A DNA stretch of 64,000 bases from Eledone cirrhosa (Eukaryota). The translations under genes and the position numbers were made by a program. The stretch is from assembly GCA_964016885.1 (NCBI GenBank), contig OZ024746.1:33542001-33606000 (forward strand), read 5' to 3'. Of the stretch, positions 55,990 to 64,000 are shown one piece after another (the stretch's first letter is position 1; every line of letters begins with the position of its first letter). The notes below the pieces were generated by a model, which worked only from the letters and a program-made list of their open reading frames with translations, had not been told where the DNA came from and did not search any database.

Positions 55990-56545
55990 TTAGTCTTTTT
56001 CGTCTTCTGGAGACCCAAGCCAGACCAGCCTATCTGATGGATGTATCCAACCATCCTGAACGGGGTCTACCCATGGGTGTTTGCCACTTGGTTCTTGCTT
56101 GTTACATTTGTCCAGCGATTCTTTCCTGAGATATTTTGACTACATGCACATGGAATCACAGCTGTGTTCTGCCAATTCGGAGAAATAGTGGCTCTACCTG
56201 GAGTGACCTACTGATTTCTGAGCTACGCAATCTATTGAGTAACATTACACCAAACACCCTTCGGGCGAATCCCATTTCAGCCACTCGAATTCGCGATTAT
56301 ATTCGTTCGTTCATGACTCAATATTTATGATCATAATTAAGGGTTAATACGAATATCGAAATAAAAATAGCAAGTTAAGCTTTTACACACACCTCCCTTC
56401 TTCTAATTACCGAATGTAGAAGCTGGCGCATTACTGCTCCTGCAATCCGTGCACTTAATTCAGTCTCCTGCCTTCCCTCACTCTCGAATACTCCTCGGAG
56501 ACATTTAAACTTCTCTACCTGCTTCAGTGGAACTCCACTAAAATT
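55990..56545 (-). mobile_element. RTE-clade LINE 3' fragment
   Basis: Homologous to 11100-11650 (cagcgattctt..ctgaga; aattcagtctcctgc; ctctacctgcttcagt.gaactcca). Confidence 0.78.
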
Positions 56546-57418
56546 TAACAATATATTTTAAACAATGCTTTTCCTAATCTAAATTTGCTTTAAATAATAA
56601 CTAAGGTTTCAGTTTTTAAATAAAGATAATTTATATGGTCTCTGTTTGTGTAGACAGATAGACGCAGAGTGATTGCTTGAGTACTATTATGTTGACAACT
56701 CAACTGGCAGTTATTAATTTTTAACTGTAAAAGTCTGAATAAATACAAATAGTCTGGTCTCCCCCCCTAATGATAACACATCATATGAATTGTCACCAGT
56801 GATATATGAAATAATAATACTGCAATCATATTGCATTGCGATATTACACATAAACATATTATAATTGTATCCTAGAATTGCTTTTGTTTTCTCTCTCTGA
56901 TTATAAACAAGTACATTTATATGAATTATATGTGTACATATATATATGCGCAGAAAGTTGAGTAAGTCTGAAGAAAACTGGTGAGAGAACCAAGGTCAGC
57001 ACCTGATGCAGAGCAAAGTGTATATAATTGTTTCTACTTTAGGCACAAGACTAGCAATTAACCAGTACATTACTGGTACTTTATTTTATTGACCCCGTAA
57101 GGATGAAAGGCAAAGTCAACCTCCGCGGGATTTGAACTCAGATCGTAAAGTGTATATAATAAGAACGAAATAGAGGTGTTATATAGAATATTTATTACCC
57201 AAATGTGTTATAAATCTCCTATGTTATAAATCTCCACATTTTTTCTTATATACATATATAACAAACGAGGTGAGGTAGGATAACAGGTGGAGCATAACGC
57301 ATCAGAGTACTCGATACTTACGGTTGTTGAGTGGGTAATATGAAAAGCGTCAGTATCCCGACAGCTCAGCTCTGGCCGCCGGTGGGTCCTGACTCTTTTC
57401 ATATATATATATATATAT

Positions 57419-57483
<65 letters not shown>

Positions 57484-58779
57484 CTATTTATGGAAGTTCT
57501 AAATACTTCATTTGTGGACAATCTTAGGCTATAATCAAGCTACGTCCGCCATCTTATGATTCCGTAGATGATCCAAATCGCCCTTTTCCAAGAATTTTCT
57601 GATATGACTCTCACCAAGAAATAATAAGTATGGTCCTATAGCACCAACGTATATGAATATATCTTTAGTACTGTAGATGCTACAGGAGGTTTGCCATGTC
57701 TCGCAAATATGTCACATTCGGCATAAGGATTGGCGAATACAACAAGAGCATTGTGCCTTGTCTAATAAAAGATATCGACAATACAGGCATGAGAAACTAA
57801 AGGATATCTACAGCTTTGCCAAATTTCTTTACTACATCAGCTCTTGAGATGCTGATTTCAACGAAGATACTGCACCTGAATGCGAAACAGTGTTTCTAGT
57901 TTCTCTCTTCCTTAAATTTTTAACAAATAGTAGTAATTGTTTCCATTATTTGGCACAAGGCCAGCAATTTAAAATGACATGTAAATCTCTTTAAATGTAT
58001 CCCACTGCGTTATAGGTACTTAACTGACTACGTAAAAATGAAAGGTAAAGCGAACATTGGCATGATTTGAACTCGACATGTAATGAGTCATAACTATAAT
58101 GGGAAGAATCCTATCTAATATATCAATGTTAAGAACAACTCATAGATATGCAAAAATAATAAAATTGATAGTAGGCGTGTTGCTGGGGAGGATAAGGATG
58201 ATGGTGACATCAACAACTACGACGATCATGGCGATTACGTTCACTATGTGGAAGACAATGATGAGAAAGTCCATGATAATAATTGCAGTGAAATGATAAT
58301 AATTGCAGTGAAAGTGGTGTTCGTTATCGTCTGTATATTAGTGGTCGTGAACTTGTTGAAACATGTGTTGTTGTTGATATTTTCTACGTTTAACCGAATA
58401 TTTCCTTCAATTGCCTGCTGATGACATTCATTCCTACTTCTCGTCACTTCCGGTTCTGACAAGAGATCAGTTATTGAAGCATAGTTTTAATTAATATTAT
58501 GTGCTTGCGGGTCAGCAATATTTCTTCCACTTTTTGGCGCCAAATCAGAACGGAATATTTTAAAACAAAGCAAAACACTGTAAGCGATCGACATAATCCT
58601 ATAACGTTCATTGTGTCTAAATACAATTGAGGAATATTGGCTGTGATTGTGCCTACATGCAAACTAATGTTGATATGTATGTTTCAACATAGCCATGTAT
58701 GTGTGTCAAGCAGAACAAATTCATACACACACACCCGGGCATTATAACACACACAGTGTCACAATTATAGAGTTCGTTT

Positions 58780-58866
<87 letters not shown>

Positions 58867-59050
58867 TATATAATACATACATATCCTGCTGATCTCCTGC
58901 CTTTGAACAGCTAGTTCCAGACTGGAACTAACTATTGTGAAGGCAATAGTCATAAGGTCCCGACACCTTATAATATAGCCATATTCTACTACACCAAGTA
59001 TCGAGTAATCTTTTGAGTACTACTACTACTACTACTAACAATAATAATAA

Positions 59051-59320
59051 TGCTTTCTTTATTAACCACAAGGGTTTACACAAAGTAGACATTAAGGACA
59101 GTACAGGACAATACAGGACGGTACAAATGGGCATTTCTGGGTGTAAAAAAAAATAAAAACAGAGGATGTAATAAAAGAACAATGAAACATTCCCCAATAG
59201 GTGGGAGACTTCCGAGGGCCACCGTGGAGAAAGCCCATTAAAAAACGGCACGGTGACCCTGACCACCAGGGCAATTGTCCTCTCCCAGTTTTCCACCTTC
59301 AATTTACAGGCATATACTCA
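59051..59320 (-). mobile_element. 5'-truncated 3' end of the Tx1-like LINE, adjacent to (AAT)n
   Basis: Closely matches 16941-17215 and is preceded by aataataataa. Confidence 0.9.
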
Positions 59321-59349
59321 GAAATAATATATATATATTGATAACCTGA

Positions 59350-59380
<31 letters not shown>

Positions 59381-59746
59381 ACGAAGGAAGTCTGGTAAGG
59401 AACCAGGTGGACCATAACGCATCAGAGTACTCAATACTTAGGGTAGTAGAGTGGGTAATAGGAAAATGTTCAAGACCCCGACGGCAGAGCTCAATCCATT
59501 TCGACGGCTATTTCTGGACCATATCTGGTCCAATTTTAATAATACATCGAAACCGGTAATTCTTTATATACTTTATATACATTATAAAACTTTTTTTTTT
59601 AACAATTGTTCCTCTCATTTTTTCAATAATGTCATCATTTCAATAATGTTAATTTGACGAATCAAAGAAAGGATAAAAAAAGAAAAACAGACCCTTAACT
59701 ATATTTTCCGTGCTATTTCCAACTTCACCTTCTCTCTCTCTCTCTC

Positions 59747-59818
<72 letters not shown>

Positions 59819-59829
59819 TATCTCTGTCA

Positions 59830-59866
<37 letters not shown>

Positions 59867-60565
59867 CATAAGCAGTTATATATATATATATACATAACAA
59901 GTTGACGGACCCAGCATATGTATCAATGCTAAGACAGGTTGCATCTCAGCGTACTCAATAGGTAATGTAAAATACACTCACAGAATATACACATTGTTAT
60001 TTGCTTCAATACAACACACGTAAACGAGTTTAGGCCACACTTAATGCAGCTCTATGGTGCACAACACCCTCTGTCTTCATATATTATGCAACTATGCATA
60101 ATCGGCGCATGTGGTTTCATCAGCGGGTATCGCCTAATCAATAACCAATCGATCGACAGAATTCGACTCCAGTCCATGACTGCTTGTGACGGCCGACACA
60201 GTAACGTCATTAGCAACTGGAATCTGATACAATGTTGTCCCCCAATCGGCCATCGATTTATAAATTTACGTGATGGCAGGAGATTGAAAAACAAATATTT
60301 TCCGCTCCCTTAGCTTCAGCCAACGTGTCTCAAACACAAATTAATAAGATAGTGAAAAATTGGTTATTAGAAAATGCAGTCTCACATCGTTGTATAATAG
60401 AATGGTAGCAGTCGGCTCTAGTCTCCAAGTCCCATGGCGAGAGGATCCCTAAAGTAACAGTGGTAGTCCCTAGAACATTTATCCGGACATTAAATGCCAG
60501 AATCCATTGCATAGCGATATAGAGTAGCGTGCTGGTTAGCGACCAACCACGTGCGTAAACCAGCC

Positions 60566-60602
<37 letters not shown>

Positions 60603-61179
60603 CTATATATCTATGTGTTATTAATGTATATTTAATATTAATTCAACCTATCACGCATTTACGACTGTCATTTTTTCTACATTCGAGTGGAGAGCTTTTC
60701 TGGCGTTACTTTCAGACAGTTGGAAATGTAACCACCTGATTATGGGATTGGTTCTATATCTTGGGCTTACGTATTCCTACGCCTATGGAAACCACGTGAC
60801 GACAGTGGCTGTCAAGAAGTGGTACTGCGTCACTAGTAGACCTTTGTGATAGAACGAGAAGGACCGCTCCCATTGACGAAATTCTGTGTTGATCCTGCCC
60901 TGTCCATTCCTTCCCGACAACTCTGGATCTAATGCGTAGCTTCAGTGTACCGGGTGAAATTATTGCACCGCAGTGTACAGGACACAGAGTAGAAAACAAC
61001 GATTTTGTTTAGTCCGGGTTAAATGGTTTACACCCGCACATAATCCCGAACTTACACTAAAAAGCTAAATGTGTACCCTCTGATTGACGGACTGGCGGTT
61101 CGGAAGTACAAGATCCTTGAATTCATAGAGTGAGGAGGAAAGTTCAATGTACTATCACAAACTCAGTTTGTTCGATACA

Positions 61180-61235
<56 letters not shown>

Positions 61236-61236
61236 G

Positions 61237-61302
<66 letters not shown>

Positions 61303-61371
61303 TATGAAGAGAGAAGAAACATTTAGATATAATTAGTAATAAAATGTATCATACCTAAACTGTTCCTAGAT

Positions 61372-61461
61372 TCCTCGACTACGTAGTTTCGTGGCTTAAA
61401 CAAAAACAATGCATCATAAAGATATAGAGTCCTTGCGAGGTCTGCCGACTTATCAAGAGGA
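61372..61461 (-). ncRNA. Type I hammerhead, U3-A8 variant, copy 1
   Basis: Minus strand: tcctc-TTGATAA-gtcggc...gccac-GAAA-ctacgtag-TC-gagga. Confidence 0.8.
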
Positions 61462-61963
61462 TACCTCATTTTACTAGCTTCAAGAACGCGTCCACACGAC
61501 GTGAGAAAGAATCCCAAAAGGCGGAGGGGGAGATAGTCACGCGATATAACGGTCGAGAAACAGAGCTAAGCCTCTTATAACCCCGAAAAAATACCACGGA
61601 GGCAGAGGGGGTATTTATATCGAAGCCGTAGAAGAGGTGGTGAAGGAGGCGAGAAGTATGAGTAATGGCAGCTTTCCAGCAGTCACCACACTTCAAAGAT
61701 TACTCAACCAGAGGGAGTTATTAACAATATATTTAGAAACACACAGATACATGCGGACACACACATATACATGAATGCATCCACACCCAGCCGTGAGTTA
61801 AGGGTACCAATCTCACCGATGTTGCTCAATGAATGACTGGGACAGACCAATCCGGTTGAACCAGACTGAACCAGTATCAGAGTTAAAAACACATTATGAA
61901 GAGAGAAGAAACATTTAGATATAATTAGTAATAAAATGTATCATACCTAAACTGTTCCTAGAT

Positions 61964-62053
61964 TCCTCGACTACGTAGTTTCGTGGCATAAACAAAAACA
62001 ATACATCATAAAGATATAGAGTCCTTGCGAGGTCTGCCGACTTATCAAGAGGA
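61964..62053 (-). ncRNA. Type I hammerhead, U3-A8 variant, copy 2
   Basis: Same core and stems as copy 1. The differences fall only in the large stem II loop. Confidence 0.8.
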
Positions 62054-62398
62054 TACCTCATTTTACTAGCTTCAAGCACGCGCCCACACGACGTGAGAAA
62101 GAATCCCAAAAGGCGGAGGGGGAGATAGTCACGCGATATAACGGTCGAGAAACAGAGCTAAGCCTCTTATAATCCCGAAGAAAATACCACGGAGGCGGAG
62201 GGGGTATTTATATCGAAGCCGTAGAAGGGGTGGTGAAGGAGGCGAGAAGTATGAGTAATGGCAGCTTTCCAGCAGTCAGCACACTTCAAAGATTACTCAA
62301 CCAGAGGGAGTTATTAACAATATATTTAGAAACACACAGATACATGCGGACACACACATATACATGAATGCATCCACACCCAATCTGTGTGTTTCTAA

Positions 62399-62433
<35 letters not shown>

Positions 62434-63296
62434 CATATACACAAACTAAACAAAGTCACAGATATATATGTGGCAACCATTAACAATGTGGCTCAATGAA
62501 GAATTAATAAATAAAATAATCAGAGCAACATATCATAAAGTATGTCCATAGAATCATTTGGCAACATATATACACCATTTACTCTCCCAATTAGCTTAAT
62601 TAACCACATAAAAAATCAATTAGACCAGGCTATAAGAATAAGGCTCCTATGAAGAAATATTTGATAAATAAACCACAGCAGCCTCTTCTATATATATATA
62701 TATATATTATATATATATATATTAATATGGCTCTATTGTGAGTCTTGTTGCTAGGGAGATTCCCCTGTTTATCACATTGTCATCAGACAAGAAGTAACCT
62801 TTCCATAGCAGGCACATTATAAATAGAGAAAGACTGGGGGTGAGGTAAGCGGTTTAAATTGAGAATGGGTGATTAAGATAGCGTAGGTGAGAGTGGGAAG
62901 GATATGGCCGTGTGAATACTGCTCCTTTTACCAAGCTCGAATGGATGAAAGGCAAATTTAGCCTCGGTGGCATTTGAAATGAAAGAGCAGAAAGCAAGAA
63001 CGAATACCGCAAAACATATTATGCAGTGTTTTAACGACTCTAGTAATTCACCGCCTATGATACTGTATAATGATTACGCATAATGCTCCTCTCTTACGTT
63101 ATCAAGAATCTAAATATGAATTACTTATTTCTAGTGTTCGCTAATAATGTTATATTATGAAGCAATGTGTATTATATTGACAATTCTTATTTTTATGTAA
63201 AATTGAATGGAAAGCAACCACTAGTTTGATTTACTGAAATTTCAGGACCAAAGAGCAGAGCTTCATTTATCTAAATCCATTCATTGTTCACACACT

Positions 63297-63329
<33 letters not shown>

Positions 63330-63845
63330 GTATTTATCCTTGAATATATATTTATGCGTGTGTTTTGTTGTTTGTTTGTATAAACACCCATGCTTATGTG
63401 TAGTAAAACCTATGTATTCAAACATTATAGAAAAAAAGTTTAACATTGCTTGTACAAGCGCATGGAAAAGATAAGCGAAACATTTACATATTGTGTTCTA
63501 TATTAAATCTGTATAAGCATAACAGACACAACGTCACAATATAATATGCATAAGAGTTCTACTAAAAGACTTCTTTTGTCTGTCGGCTCAGTGAAATGAA
63601 TAGAGAGAAAACAATATTACCAAAGAATCCAATGATAAAAAGACCCATCCCTCCTAGAAGAACATAATGTGTATTTTATTCACTGTTCATAATAGATATG
63701 AGCAAAGTTTAGACAACCAGTAGGACTACTTTAGTGTGTGTTACAAAATGCGATAATAAAATCTAAAAATGTTTATGTAAAAACGATGTCGTTTTATATG
63801 GTAATCTAACACGTCATATCTTTATCCATTCTACTAGCTTAAGCA

Positions 63846-63878
<33 letters not shown>

Positions 63879-64000
63879 CGAAGTCTCTTATATATATATA
63901 TATATATAGTAATAATAAAATTGAAGACTAAAATCCAAAGAGGGTTCGATAAGGAAAATATATATCAAATATATAAGAACCGTAGAGCAAATATTTATTA

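Larger units (their letters stand above)
61299..62405 (-). mobile_element. Retrozyme/pLTR-like element: 592-bp-period partial dimer with two hammerheads, between (TA)n tracts
   Basis: 61299-61789 is repeated at 61891-62382 with a ~100-bp unique spacer. Duplicated ORFs 61323-61517 and 61915-62109. Short terminal inversion at 62383-62405. Confidence 0.88.

Noticed and set aside
59895-61110. GC-richer block, possibly a decayed Helentron/Pif1 helicase
   Set aside because: Only hints of motifs across frameshifts; it needs tBLASTx or HMM confirmation.

Overview
This is repeat-saturated, AT-rich eukaryotic DNA with no recognisable host exon. It is most likely coleoid cephalopod (Octopus), inferred from the dense (TA)n/(CA)n microsatellites and an abundant tRNA-derived SINE with a Deu/Nin-type core. 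Coding-derived sequence is all transposon: a rearranged Penelope-like element (PLE; RT thumb plus GIY-YIG, ~2.6-4.4 kb), a near full-length L1/Tx1-clade LINE whose RT core is deleted (16.9-21.6 kb), a frameshifted Helitron RepHel (38.7-43.2 kb), and fragments of RTE, CRE, piggyBac-like and other elements. The main hidden signal is a set of at least 7 sequence-distinct small non-coding repeat families, each carrying a type I hammerhead ribozyme (HHR). Four of them use the U3-A8 core variant (UUGANAA). Most sit in or against (TA)n tracts and occur as partial tandem repeats or fold-back palindromes. Highlights are a 592-bp-period retrozyme-like dimer with two intact HHRs (61.3-62.4 kb), a 2.7-kb palindrome with an outward-facing HHR at each end (32.8-35.5 kb), and a copy truncated at the predicted self-cleavage site (4.6 kb). 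All ribozyme calls are by-eye structure readings and are untested. Most ORFs in the supplied track are microsatellite artefacts.
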